From the NCBI RefSeq assembly GCF_018977255.1, contig NW_024704742.1, positions 104,472,001-104,536,000 of the forward strand: DNA of 64,000 nt, read 5' to 3'. Below, in pieces: positions 11,205 through 24,602 of this stretch. The notes under the pieces are model-generated. The model worked only from the letters and a program-made list of their open reading frames with translations, was not told the origin of the DNA and made no database searches. The position numbers were made by a program, and so were the translations under genes. Position 1 is the first letter of the stretch. Every line of letters begins with the position of its first letter. The stretch comes from Callorhinchus milii (Eukaryota).

Positions 11205-12315
11205 GCAGGCTATTGCACAAGGTTAAGGCCCACGGGATTAATGGGAACATATTAGCATGGATTGAAGAGTGGCTAACGGGTAGAAAACAGAGAGTAGGAA
11301 TAAATAGGTCATTCTCGAATTGGCAGGATGTGACTAGTGGAGTGCCACAAGGATCAGTGCTTGGGCCTCAGCTATTTACAATTTACATCAATGATCTGGA
11401 CGAGGACATTGAATGTAACGTATCTAAATTCGCGGATGACACTAAACTAGGTGGGAGAGTAAGCTCTGAGGATGATGCAAAAAGATTGCAATGGGATATA
11501 GATAGGCTCGGGGAGTGGGCGAGTAGGTGGCAGATGGAATTTAATGTGGGGAAGTGTGAAGTTATTCACCTTGGTAGAAAAAATAGAAAAATAGATTATT
11601 TTCTAGAGGGGGAGAGATTAGATAGTGTTAGTGTGCAGAGGGATTTGGGTGTCCTTGTACACCAGTCTCAAAAAGTTAGTTTGCAGGTGCAGCAAGCAAC
11701 TAAGAAGGCGAACGGCATGTTAGCGTTCATTGCAAAAGGTTTAGAGTACAAGAGTAGGGAAGTCTTGCTGCAACTGTATAGGGCTTTGGTGAGACCACAC
11801 CTAGAGTATTGTGTGCAGTTTTGGTCTCCTTATTTAAAAAAGGACATACTTGCCCGAGAGGGGGTGCAGCATAGATTCACTCGGTTAGTTCCTGGGATGA
11901 GGGGACTGACCTATGAGGATAGGCTGAATAAACTAGGGCTATATTCTCTAGAGTACAGAAGAATTAGTGGAGATCTTATTGAAACATATAATATTCTTAA
12001 AGGGCTGGATAAAGTAGACACTGAGGGTCTGTTTCCCCTGGTAGGAGAATCTATAACCAGGGGTCACAGTCTTAAAATTAAGGGTCAGCCTTTTGGAACA
12101 GAGTTGAGGAAACATTTCTTCACTCAGAGGGCTGTAGATACTTAGTCCTTGAACATCTTCAAGGCTGACACTGATGAGATTTTTAAAAAATAGAGGGATT
12201 AGGGGACATGGGGATAGGGCAAGTAATTAGAGTTAGGTCAGAAGATCTTATCGAATGGCGGGGCAGGCTCGAGGGGCCGAATGGCCTACGCCTGCTCCTA
12301 ATTCTTATGTTCTTA
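11205..12315 (+). mobile_element. CR1-clade LINE, 5'-truncated (RT C-terminal half plus 3' UTR), in CAMK4 intron 9, antisense to the gene
   Basis: ORF 11156..12145 contains [48 protein letters not shown] and TRGHSLK. The tail is an ATTCTTATGTTCTTAT octamer repeat. TATATAAACA occurs on both sides (possible TSD). Confidence 0.92.
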
Positions 12316-12419
12316 TATATAAACAGAATATAAACATGAGTTTCTGCATTTGTTGGGTAGAACTACCTGTATTACATGGCTGTATAGTGCAGAAGGACAG
12401 ATCCCATTGTCCCACTTAC

Positions 12420-12546
12420 CAAATCCTTTGCATTAAGAGAAACATCATCCCACCAGGGGGAGACAAAGTCATAGTCAGAGTTCAAGATCTTCTTAAACAT
12501 ATATTGATCTCCCCTTTCATCGTAGAATGGTTCAAAGCCACAGAGT
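12420..12546 (-). CDS. CAMK4: CAMK4 exon 9 (LCGFEPFYDERGDQYMFKKILNSDYDFVSPWWDDVSLNAKDL)
   Basis: 127 nt; gtcag|ACTCTG ... GATTTG|gtaagt. Confidence 0.97.
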
Positions 12547-12804
12547 CTGACAAAGAAATAAGGATAGGTCAGTCATTCTTCCTGTTGTTGACATATACTA
12601 CTTCAAGAAACCAGGATACTTGTGACTTATTAGTTTTGAATTTATACTAGGTACTGCATTAAACACAAATGTAGGCTTGTTCCATTATATTATATTGTTA
12701 TGTTATTGCAATGGTCTGCTCATACAATTACTATTCTTTAACAATACAAAGTAATATAGTATAGAATGAAAAAGGAACCACAAAATGTACTGTAAAATGC
12801 TTAC

Positions 12805-12880
12805 AGTATGTAGGTGATGACTCCCACTGACCACATGTCAACCTCTGGACCATACGCACAGCCTCGTAAAATTTCAGGGG
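12805..12880 (-). CDS. CAMK4: CAMK4 exon 8 (APEILRGCAYGPEVDMWSVGVITYIL)
   Basis: 76 nt; cccag|CCCCTG ... CATACT|gtaagc. Confidence 0.97.
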
Positions 12881-13372
12881 CTGGGATTCAAAGAATGAAA
12901 ACAAAGATTAGAGTTAAAATAAAACGAGGCAGTGCTAAGATCAGCAGCTGTGAAATAATAATCATCTGAGCTAAAATTGGTTATAAACAAAACACAGCAT
13001 TCTCCTACGGAAGTGCTATCTGAGATGATTTTGGAAATCATTCAAAGGGGATCCAAATTATTGTAATTCACTGATTTAAGAGACATTAAAATCAGATTTC
13101 ATTGTACACCTGTTTACAGTGCACTCTGAAATATGTCCAGGGATAGATATTTATGGGCACGGAGGCAGATCTTACCTTGTTTCTTTATTCTCTTGGAAAT
13201 CCATCATCTGTTCAAAAATTAACCTGGTGCAACCAAGTCAATAATTGACATGTGGATTTCAGTTAGTGGGGAAGGGGCACATTACAAAGATGGAGGGGGG
13301 CAAGGATGGATCCTTGGGGTACCCCGCAGGAAACCTGGTGAGAGCGGGAGTTTTCACCCTTTCCTTTCCTTA

Positions 13373-13560
13373 CTACCTCCCATTCCCTTCCATTCTCCTC
13401 TGCCTCATGTGAAAGTCTAGCTTCCTTTTGAATGCTTCTATACTAAATAATTCAAACGCCACTTCAGGCAGTGAGTTCCACAATCTTACAATCCTCTGCG
13501 TGAAGTAGTTTCTCCTAAATTCTCTTTTAGATCCTCTAGTTACTTCTGGGCCCTCCAACT
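13373..13560 (-). mobile_element. CR1 LINE 3' fragment
   Basis: ORF 13373..13558 reads RRNYFTQRIVRLWNSLPE...FKRKLD, the CR1 ORF2 C-terminus. Confidence 0.8.
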
Positions 13561-13580
13561 AGCGGAAGTAAGCTATAGTA

Positions 13581-13953
13581 GAGTCCTGTAGTTTAGTGGT
13601 TAGAGCGCTCGCCTTGTAAGCAAGAGGACATGGGTTCGATTCCAGGCAGAGCGAAAAGTTGGGCAAGTTTCCTTACTCACACTCCTCTGTTTACCTAGCA
13701 GTAAGTAGGAACACGGTGGTTAGTCAATTGGTGGATCACTGGAGGATTAATTGGACAGTTAGTCAATTGGCAGATTAAATTGGTCATTCAATCCACTACT
13801 ATTTGTGAGACACTGCTGTGCACAATTGGCTGCTGAGGTTCGCACACAGAATATACAGTCAATTCACTTTATAGTTTAGTCTGTGAAGCACTTTGAGATG
13901 TCCAGAAAACATGATAAGGCGCGATATCAAAATCAAGGATTATTATTATTATT
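13581..13953 (+). mobile_element. tRNA-derived SINE, longer subfamily
   Basis: gagtcctgtagtttagtggttagagcg...gggttcgattcc head; (ATT)n tail. Confidence 0.88.
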
Positions 13954-16900
13954 TTATAACCTATTTATGTTAACCTTATCAAAGCATTTTAGAATGTGGT
14001 GTGGGCAAGCAAGATGGATTACAGCCAACAAAAACATTTTTAAAAACTTGCTGCCGTCTCCAACGAGGCTGATAAAAACCCAAGAGAAAGTCAAAACTAA
14101 GTAAGTAAACCATTTTAAAGATAATGGAAACTGAAGGTTAGAAAGGGTGGGAAGTACAACAACAACTTGTCCTTCATGTTTGAAGCAACATTTTAAAATA
14201 CAGTTAAACAATTTGACAGATAAAAAGTGTGAAACTAGAATGGGGAAATAAGGATTAATGGCTTTGTTTACCATTTGCATTTTCAATTAAAATCTTGTTT
14301 GCTTTAGTTGTATGTGGTTCTCTTAAATCATTCTGACATTTCAATCATTTTATTACTGCTCCTTTCAGGGTCAGTGTATGAGCTGATAAGTTTTCAAAAC
14401 CATCTGGCCCGGACGTTGGATTTCTGGGATTAAGGAGCAAAACCCAGTGTTGAGCAAGGGATCAAAATAGGTACAGTAATGGTGTGTAAATATATCTTGC
14501 AATGCAAACAGATAGCATGCTTATATTGTGCCAGACATATCTGGTATCAATAGTAACAGGAGACCAATGGTAAATTATTTTCATTTTAATTCCCTTTCCC
14601 AACAAAACCTAAAGTACTTTTTCATCAGATTCTTGAATTCTTGCTTTTGAAAAATATAATGAATTTCTACCTGAAACTTAGCTTTGTTGAAATTGTAACA
14701 ATTTTTTTTGACAATTTAAAACTGAACAAATTCTATTTTTGGTGGAATTGTAAATATTTCACAAACGTAATCTGCAGCTGTTGATAATATTCAAACCTGT
14801 GGCCCTCATTTTATAAATGCACTTGTACCTTCATGCATGTTTTATGCTCTTTAAATAAAAAATAAATAATTTACGCACTCGTTAGGTGTTACTGAGTTGG
14901 CAACTGAGCACTTCACATGGATTCTGTTTATAATTTTCCCTTCATATTTTAGTCGATGTGTTTTGGTGCACCTTCAGCTAATATAGATAGTTCAATCAGT
15001 GTCAATGCACAATTTCACTGACAGTGAGACCAATCCTCTGGCTGGAAGGGAAAAGTGTTTTATGACAATTTAAGATCGTCTAATCTGTGTGTGAAGAATG
15101 AACCAGTAAGAGGCAGGGAAACTCCTATAATTTTAGAGCACATGGCTTCTGTTTAGAAGCTCAACCTACAGAGCACATAGCCATCTGGCTAACAATTGGC
15201 AAAATGTATGCAAAGAAAGTGGTTGAGTTTAACATTAACCAATGTGTAGGTTTGAATACAGGCTCCTCTGAATGGAAATCCAATGCTCCACTGCTTTCAC
15301 TAGCACTTGATAAGCAGATAGCTGTGTATTGATCAATGAATAATCTAAGATGGAAAGTAAGGATTGTTTGTTCCGCCCATTTAACGAGTTGCACCACTGA
15401 TATTCAGATCCCGGCTGTACTCTAATACTATACATAACTTTCCCACAAGATACACGATTAATCCATTTTATTATTTATTACTGTTTTAGCAATATATCCT
15501 GTGAAGTGTTTTGAGACAACCTCCAAACATGAAAGGCACTCTATCAAATGTAATGATTAGTATTATTGTAATGCTGAGGTGAAGCTGCTTTATTCACAGT
15601 AACAGTGATGTGAAGTCTAACTATACGCTCCTCTCCGTATACAATAATATTCATCCATGCAATTTGATACAGTGGCTTTCACGACCAGAGTAAGTCTCAA
15701 ATTGCCTCACTGGTTTTACTGTAAGTGTAGTGACTGTGCATTTTGTAGGTGAACAAACGGAGGGATGCTAACAAAAATAGCAAACCCACTTTCCAGGAAG
15801 ATCTCCAGAATCAGGAGTTTAAATTTTTGGCGTTATCAATGAGATAGTTGCTCAACAAACTCCTAACAACATTAAAAACAAACTTTCAAAAATCTTACAC
15901 AATTCAGTAAACTACCCAAGGGCTCTCCAAAAACCAGGAGGAGTAAGCACCAAACAAGCTATATACATATTGCACCAAACTATGAAATAACATGAAGTAT
16001 AATGTACAGTACCAGATTTTGTACAATTTCAGAAAATGTTCAATATGAAAAACTAAACACATGAATAAAAAACAAGTCTATTTCGGAAAGCCCCTTAAAT
16101 AAACAGTGTTAAGTGATTAAAATGTCTAAGCAGAAACTGTGTCTAGCCTAAGAATATCAAAGATAGAGTTTAACATGTGACCACTACATCAGCCAGGTGC
16201 AAGCACACAGCAGAAACCAGGAAGTTGTAGAGATAAAATTAGTTAAAAAGGAAACACTTTCAGAAACATCCAAGTTAGAACAAGTTCTGGCAGGCCACAT
16301 AACAGTTCTGATATTCAAAGTAATATCAAAAAAGGCAATAAACACAACGTGATCTGAAAATAGAAACGGTGTTTCTTCGAAAGTGCACATTAACATTCCA
16401 ATAAAAATGTGCCTTTGAAGCAAACCTAAAATAAAAGAAACTTTGAAAAGAAAATGTAGTTTATCGGTACAATAGGTAGAGAAAATAAATACAATTATTA
16501 AATTACTTTAAGTTGTAGTACTTGTATGTATTTGCCTGATTCTGGAGGGATATTTTTGACCAAACATTGCTGATCAGATTTGAAAAAGGTATATCATAAT
16601 TTATTTACACCACTGATTGACAAGCATAACTAGATAAAAAAGGGACAGGTGAGAAAAAGTTCTGCACAAAATAATTTTTGGCTTAAAATTTGTGAGAAAC
16701 CAGGGCTGATTTTTTTGCTCCAAGTCTCTGAAGGGCATCGAGGATATCTGGATAGCTCAACATTATTGAGCTCACAGAAACATTTTTCACTGTACTAAAG
16801 ACTGTAACATTACCTTAGCTTATTTAGTAGGCCTTCCTTGTAAAAACTAATAATGCTTTTGCCCAAGACACCATATCAATGCTTTAGCAACATAACTAGA

Positions 16901-17961
16901 AATCTTTGGAAAACAATGCTCATCTCCCCTTGATATAAAAAGTATCTTAAGTTTGGGTTAGTAAGTATGGGTATCTCTTCTCTGTTGTGGAAACAATGTA
17001 ATGCTCATCGGAAAGTTACATGTTTAAGATAGCAATTTTAGGTCTCAGAATTGTACCTCTGGTGAGAACGTATCCCAATTTGAAAGTTGAATAAGAAAAA
17101 ATGTCTGTCTTATAAATGTAATTAATAAATATAAGCCTGGTTAAAATTCCCTTCCCTCAAAGTAAACATCTGCACCTTGCCCTGCTTGGACAGACAGACA
17201 GTTTTCTTCTCATTGCCTCTTGGAGCTCCTTACTCTCTGGATGCTCCATGTAATCACTCAACAATTAATAGCTTTCAACCCGAGATAAAAATTGAATAAC
17301 GGCTATTGCTTAACATTTATAAAGCTGCTTCAATTATGTATTCATTAACATAATGAATGACTCATCACTTATTTGTGTTTTTATTGTGGGTTCTTCATTA
17401 GCTTAGTTTTGCACATTTTTTAAATAAATTCTTAATAGGATAGAAGGTTGCATTTAATCCTCTCGTACTTGACGGCTGCACAGTTTCAGACCAAATTAAA
17501 GGAAACATCTGAAAGTAAGTTCAGGGTTGTAAAGTGTTAAATATTCTGCTCACTCTGTCGCCTAGATACGAGAATGTGTTACTACATTACTCTGGAATGA
17601 AGCACTTTCTATTTCAAATGCATTTAATACTTTAGGGTTGATCAGAGTAAACCAGGAGAGAATAATTATATTGTCAGGCAGTAATGGATGGTGAAGAGCT
17701 TTGTTTAAAATAATAATTGTCCTCCAATGCTTCTGGGTGCTACAAATTTCTTCACATTTGTGGCAGAAGAAAATATTGGCTTATATAAACTATGCTCTTT
17801 TGTTAACATCCTTTTGGTAGAACAGAGAAAGGCACTTTACAAATGTCATTTTGTATTGTATTAATCAACTGATAATAAAAGATCAGTAATGAATGTTCTT
17901 ATATAGGCAAACACTGTGGCCAGTTTGTAACACAAGTAACTTTGATTGGTTGAAGCCAATT

Positions 17962-18570
17962 CAACAACAACAATTTGAATTTATATAGCGCCCTCCACGC
18001 CGGATGGCTTCTCACAGCGCTTCACAGTAACGGATCCCAGGGCCGAGCCAGGGGGAGGGGGAAGAAGGTGACCAAAGGCGCGGTGGAAAAGAAAGGTCTT
18101 CAGCAGAGACCTGAAAATCGGAAGAGAGGGCCAAGGCGAAGGGAGTGAGGAAAGGAGTTCCAGAGCTTTGGGGCATAGTGGCTGAAGGCACGGCCGCCAA
18201 GGGTGGAGCGGAGAACTTTGGGGACAAGGAGGAGGCCAGACCCAGAGGAATGAAGGCAACGGGTATTGTTTTGAGGAGAGAAGTCAGAGAGGGAGTGGGA
18301 TGCAGAGGAGTGGAGGGATTTGAAGACAAGGGTGAGGATTTTGAAGTTGATCCTCTCTGGGACAGGCAGCCAGTGCAGTCTGGCAAGGACTGGGGTGATC
18401 GGGGAGCGGAGTTTCATATGGGTGAGAATGCAGGCGGCAGAGGTTTGAATAATCTGGATTTTATGGATGGTAGTGGATGGGAGGCCGGCGAGGAGGGCAT
18501 TAGAATATTCCAGCCGAGAGTTGACAAAGGCATGGAACAGGGTTTCAGCGGTTTTCGGAGAGAGGTATCG
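17962..18570 (-). mobile_element. L2 LINE 3' fragment (a second short L2 tail follows at about 18601-18668)
   Basis: ORF 18100..18597 contains FVNSRLEYSNALLAGLP, LHWLPVPERINFKIL and GGRAFSHYAPKLWNS; (TTG)n tail. Confidence 0.9.
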
Positions 18571-18957
18571 GACAGAATTCACAGGCACAGAATTCATTGG
18601 AACAACAATAACAAGATTACATTTGTATAGCGCCTTTCATGTCAGGAGGACGTCCCAAGGCACTGAACAAAAAAGGAATCCAATTATTTTTTAATTGTTA
18701 TAGTACTTTCAAATTAACAAGAATAATTAAAAAACTGAGAAATCAGAAAAAAGAGAATGAAGGGAAGAGTGAAAACAAAAAATAAGTTTTAAAAAAATAA
18801 GACATAGAGATGTGGAAAACTTGGGTCCTGAGCAGCATGTGGAGATAGAGATACATTTCACACAAACATGTGGTTTAGAGACTAAGATCAGCACAGAACA
18901 ACCAAAGTTTATGTGTTTCTAATAGTCTTTGGGTGGCAACAGAAACAGACCATCAGT

Positions 18958-19370
18958 TCACAAGATCACAAAAGAGGTTTGGATAAAGAAAGTCATTAAG
19001 CCCATTTGATCTCAACCTTCCAGATTGCCCACCCTATGAGCTTCCCATCACAATTTTTTTAAATGAGTCCAGGTCTCACCCATCTTCTAGTCATTAATTA
19101 CCCTCTGGGCACTACCCTCCTAGTGTCTGACCTGAAATTCCCGTTTGCAATCCTAAACCTGTGTCCTCTCGTTTTCCTGTCTTGGTGCATCCAAAAGTAT
19201 TGTTCTGGGTTTACTTTCTCAATTCCACGTAAAATCTTGAATAACTCTATAAGCTACACTCTGAGACATGTCTTTTCAAGCCTGAAGAGCCCTGGCTTGT
19301 CTAATCATTGCTCATGGCTCATTCCTTTAACTTCGGGATCAACCTCACATTGCTTCCAGCGCCTTTGATA
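18958..19370 (-). mobile_element. Degenerate CR1-type LINE 3' fragment
   Basis: Minus strand resembles the CR1 ORF2 end (RLDKPGLFRLEK..., RTRGHRFR...). The same tail (cacaagatcacaaaagagg) recurs near 29645. Confidence 0.55.
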
Positions 19371-20470
19371 GAAGCCAATCTCTCAAGGGCCGCTGTCTCA
19401 CATAGAAATAGAGGAAGGGGAAACTTGGTTGTGATGAATCCCACAGAAAGAAAGCAATATTTTTCTAACATATTATTTCCTTAGTTGTTTTTCGCAGATG
19501 GACAGTGGAAACATTGCTAACTGGAGCCTGAACACTAAAAACACTGGTGGGCTGCAAACAACAGGAGATCAATGAAACAGCCAAGGGTCCATCTGTAACT
19601 TTACAGAGACCCAGAGCATACACCTTAATAGATTGGGTTCTATTGTAGCCCCTGTAATAGGATGATTTTAAGAAAATCCCTAGACCAGAACTACTGAGCC
19701 CACAGGCACGACTAAAATATGTGGGAATGTTTCCCCATCTCTGTACTCCCTGCAGCAAGTGTGGGGCAGTTAGTGGTGAGGTATGTCTTGTACAATACAA
19801 AGCTGAAGGGGAGGTCATTATTAAACACACACTCATTTTAGAACATAGAGCACGTGTATAGGATAAAGCAGGCAACTGGAGTTAAATGGCTGATAGTCTG
19901 CCATTGTTTTTTGTTTTAGCAGTGCACAACCCTCAGTCTGAACATGCTAGCCATGGAGTTTTCTTATATGCATATGATTGTTGCTGAGGTTGATGTAGAA
20001 TCCACCCCAAGGCATATCAACAGCACTGGGAGCTTCACGTATTGCTGTGCTGGTTTGAATAGATGTATTTCTACATTATAATAATGTTATTAGAAGTCAT
20101 CCTGAACCTTTTGATGAATTAGCTGCAAGAAAACTGTTGCAGAAACCAGCAGGGGCCAGGAACTGCTGCAAGAAATGTGTTCCGGGCAAGCAATCTTATT
20201 GTAAATCACACTTCTGTAAATTCCTCGCCACTTCACACCATTACAACCAGAAATGACTAATTGGCTCCTGACTGAAACAAACAACTTTTTTGTGAATTTC
20301 AAATCCAAAATAAAATAGGTCCTCAATCTTCAACTGTACCAAGATCATTTCCCAAAATATTAGCAATGTCACAATTTCCCTGCTTTTCTTAGCATGTTGT
20401 TAGTGATGTACGTAGTGGCAAATCAGAAAACAAATGTCCAGGACATGGAACAATCATTGTCCAGACTACT

Positions 20471-20690
20471 ATAATAATAATCCCTCCAAAACCAAAAACA
20501 ATAATAAATTGGTCATTTTCAATCTACGACTGTTTGTGGGACATTGCTGTGTGCAATTGGCTGCCGCGTTCGCCCACAAATATACAGTCAGTTCACTTTA
20601 CAGTGTGTTCTGTGAAGCGCTTTGGGACGTCCTCCCGACGTGAAAAGCGCTATATCAAATGCAAGGATTATTATTATTATTATTATTATT
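20471..20690 (+). mobile_element. 5'-truncated young SINE with a long (ATT)n tail
   Basis: Nearly identical to the 3' two-thirds of 53585-53908. Confidence 0.9.
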
Positions 20691-21431
20691 ACTACTTATT
20701 ATAAAAAAATCATTTTGAATTTCTGAAGCAAAATTATGAGGGAATTGCATGCTTGGTACACATTATAAAACTTTGTTTTTTATACTTTCTCAAACATTTC
20801 CACTGAAGCCTAATAATATTTTCTTTAGCCAGGAATATGAGTCGATTATGGACTGGTGATAGCTTAGAGAGCTTAAGCTGCTGTATGAAAGCTCACAAAC
20901 CACAGAGGAAGGCAAGAAGATCAGAAAAATGTAGAAGCAGCAGCAATTTTTCAGTGCACAAACAGAACTCAAACTTAATGTCCCTGAATGGTATGAGAGA
21001 GTGCGTCCATTAGGTAACTCCTAGAGTGTCTAAAATTGAATAAAACCCCTAAATTGACCAAAAGCTGGCTACAGCAAGAAATTTAATATCTGTATTGGAC
21101 TTCAAAAAAATGTATGTTCCAAAAGGGAACAAATCGTGTATAATCTGGTCTTTGCATTCTGCAGTATCCTAGCATTTGTCAAATTCTCTTGTTTCCATGG
21201 TTACAAGTACACAGCTGCTATATCTTTGCCAGATGTTCAGATTCTAATATATATTCACAAACTCCCATATGTTGCTCTGGCTACGATATACCACTTTATC
21301 ATATAAATGGTGGAACAATTGTTGTGTGTACCCCACCATTTTCCAAATTTCACATTTGTGGAAAATGTGTAAGGTCACTGAAATTATTATTATTATGTAC
21401 TGAGGCATTAATTCTTCTGGTAAATCTAGTT

Positions 21432-21690
21432 ACATAGAATTGCATCGAATGATTCAGCAAGAAAACAGGCCATTCAGCTCAACTAGTCTGACTCTCTACT
21501 CATACCTCTGTATTCCCTTCTCCATTATATCTGCATCGTTTCCTCTTGAATACAATGATGCTTTCTGCTTCAACCACAACTTCCGACAGCGAGTTCCACA
21601 TTCTCATTCTGCATGAAGATCTACTACTATTTATCTTATATTTATGCCCCCTCATTTTGGATTGACCAATAAATGGAAACAGCCCATCTA
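21432..21690 (-). mobile_element. Degenerate CR1 3' fragment
   Basis: catagaat-type tail and gagttccacattctc (minus strand RMWNS), as in the other CR1 copies. Confidence 0.55.
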
Positions 21691-21879
21691 TTTAAGCCTT
21701 GTCTAGTGGGTCTTGCATCATTTCCTTACTACTCCATTAAGGGATTGGTTTGAAATATCTTTTCATGTGATCTAAGGAAGTTCTCCACATTGAGTCTGAA
21801 TTGTACAAATACTTAACTCCCATCTTACAGGGGGTGAAATCATGCCTGAAAACAAATATTTAACCAGGAGGAAACCTAC

Positions 21880-21954
21880 CACAATATCCTGGAGTTCCAC
21901 ATACCGTCTTCATGGTCACTTGTTCATCCATAATTTTGGAAAGACCAAAATCAG
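21880..21954 (-). CDS. CAMK4: CAMK4 exon 7 (ADFGLSKIMDEQVTMKTVCGTPGYC)
   Basis: 75 nt; tttag|CTGATT ... ATTGTG|gtaggt; DFG and the activation-loop Thr (CaMKK site, KTVCGT) are present. Confidence 0.97.
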
Positions 21955-22159
21955 CTAAAAAGAAATAAAAATAGTTTTTGATTCAATAGTCCTTATACTT
22001 GTGGTACTTATGCCGCATTTGTTTCTTAAACATTAAATTAAGCTGTATTCGTCTGTAAGGTAACATCTTGCTGGATTGGGAGAGCAGGGTGAGGTTGGGT
22101 TGGCCTGGGATGACTATTTTCCACCCCAAATCACGATGGAACCATCTTGAAACCTACAG

Positions 22160-22526
22160 TGGAGTTCTGTAGTATAGCGGATAGCTCGCTCGACTTGTAA
22201 GCGAGAGGGACAGCCCGGGTTCGATTCCCAGGCAGGGCAAAACCTAAGGCAAGTTCCTTACTTCACACACCTCTGTTTACCTAGTGAGTAGCAACCCGGT
22301 TGTTGGTCGATTGGCGGATTGCTTTACGGGGGTAATAATCCTTCCCCCCAAAAAAATTTGGTAACTCAATCCACGACTGTTAGTTGCATACTGCTTCGCA
22401 ATTGGCTGCCGCGTCTCATCAACAAACTACATTCACTCCACTTTCCAGTGTATTCTGAGAAGTGCTTTGAGATGTCTCAACGGTGTGATGAAGTGCTATA
22501 TCAAATACAAGAACTATTATTATTAT
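22160..22526 (+). mobile_element. tRNA-derived SINE, diverged
   Basis: tggagttctgtagtatagcgg...gggttcgattccc head; same core and tail. Confidence 0.82.
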
Positions 22527-22624
22527 ATTTATTATGAAACTGATTTTGAAACATTTCTGAAGGATGAGCAGCTGGAATGCTTTTGATCAATTTACAGGCT
22601 TCACACCGGGGTAGTAACAGGGTT

Positions 22625-22885
22625 GTATAAGTGCTGTCTGACATATTTGTTTAACCCATCATCCCCTGTCCTCTACCTCATTTTCCCCTTTGTCCTGCCT
22701 CCCCCCTCTCTGTTAGCTCTTAAAAGCCTCTCTCTCCCAACATACCCAAGTTCTGACAAAGGATATTGGCCCCGAAATGTTGACTTACTTTCCTTTCTCC
22801 ATAAAGGCTGCCTGACCTGCTGAGTGTTACCAGCGACTTCTGTTTTTGTTTCAGATTTCCAGCATCTGCATTATTTTGTGTTTTA
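22625..22885 (+). mobile_element. Penelope-like element 3' end with a decayed hammerhead motif
   Basis: Pyrimidine-rich tract, then AAGTT-CTGACAA...CCC-GAAA-TGTT-GACTT (22748-22786) and ggctgcctgacctgctgagtgttaccagc...cagatttccagcatctgca, homologous to the element at 2064-2261. Confidence 0.65.
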
Positions 22886-24407
22886 TAAATTTGTCAATTT
22901 TATGTGCAATGAGTTTTGCCTGGTTTCAGTGGGGACATATGTTGGGCACTGAACTCAAAGCAACTCTTCCGCACTACCTAAGGTTTAATCTGCCTGCTAA
23001 AAATAATTTTGTGAAGATTAACAAGGCACTTTCTGAACTTGATAAAGAATTAATTCTTATAATTAAAATATTGATCAGTTTAAATTACAAACTGCAAAAC
23101 CTAGAGCAATGTGACCTAGGAGTGATTCAAAGCAATATTGTAATTGAGAGGTTTAAATGAAGACAGAGTATCTTATAATCACCATCATCTGAGTCTCAAG
23201 ATTAGTTTGAACAGCTTTGAAGTAAAAGGATATAACCTATTCCTTTACAACATATATTGTCATTGTTCTGGGTGGTTTAATTTAGTATTTCATGCACTTT
23301 TGGGCCAACAGTGAGGACACAATATTGAATGTGCCAGTGTTGCTTATGCACAAGGTTATTCAAAGTGAAGGATTAATGGTGGCGATCAAAAACAGTGAGT
23401 TGAATAGAACTAATATGAAATGTATTACTGAGAAAATAATATTGTGCCAGTGCACAAATTCATAATTTCTAAACTGAAAAACACTTTGCACTATTTTTTC
23501 CTATTTTCTCTCTGAAACTATCCCACTGCTTTCCTACTAACTTGCATAATAAACCGGGAGGAGTGGACTATCTCAATCAGATTGTTACAAAGGCCATTAA
23601 TATCACTCCTAGCATGATCACTATAGGGAGTTTCTTGCATTCCCCTCCGGAGATCATCTAGTCAAGGATGGCATTCTTCTCTCTCAAGGATGCCAGAATG
23701 CCCATTGAGTGAATAATCTGAATTTGAGCGGCCGAATGGAAAAACAGTTGTCATAGATACAGAACCACTAAGTTTAATCATCATATAAGAAATGGTCAAG
23801 GAATTCACAAAAGTGAAACATCTTGAAATTTGGTTTTGTCTTCATTTGGTAAACACACTTCCCAAAAAATATTGTTTCTGCAGTGGGGCAGATAGAAAGC
23901 AGTAATTTATAATATAAATCACTAATTCACATGCTAACAAAACACATCCCTTTGCATTAAAAAAAATCACAAGGTTGAAATTTACTGGAAATTTTAAAAT
24001 GGCTTGTTTTTATGAAAATGAAAGAAATTGGGTTTTCACTCTGAGATGCTAAAATGTCAGCTACCATTCCTTCCAAATTATTTTATAGGTGTTTGCTATG
24101 GAAGCTTTCGTCTGCCTCTGCAATTACTAGAGTAAATGCATCAGATCATCTATTCTCAAATTACAAAGCGCTGCATCACTTCCGGCTTGTGTCAGAACAA
24201 AATATTGAGTTTCAACAATTATTCATGACTTAGCAGCGAGCAGTGCTAATTTAGTTTTTAAAATTATAACAACTCCCACCCTGGTCTATAAAGATCTATT
24301 TAAAGTGAATCATGTTACTTTTTCACTTTTTTGAATAATGCACATAATGCTTCTTTATTAACTATAAATAGATGGATTTGATTATACCATAAGCTGCACA
24401 TCAATTA

Positions 24408-24602
<195 letters not shown>

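Noticed and set aside
11156..12145. 329-aa ORF as a host gene
   Set aside because: It is a 5'-truncated CR1 ORF2 fragment whose start lies in flanking DNA.
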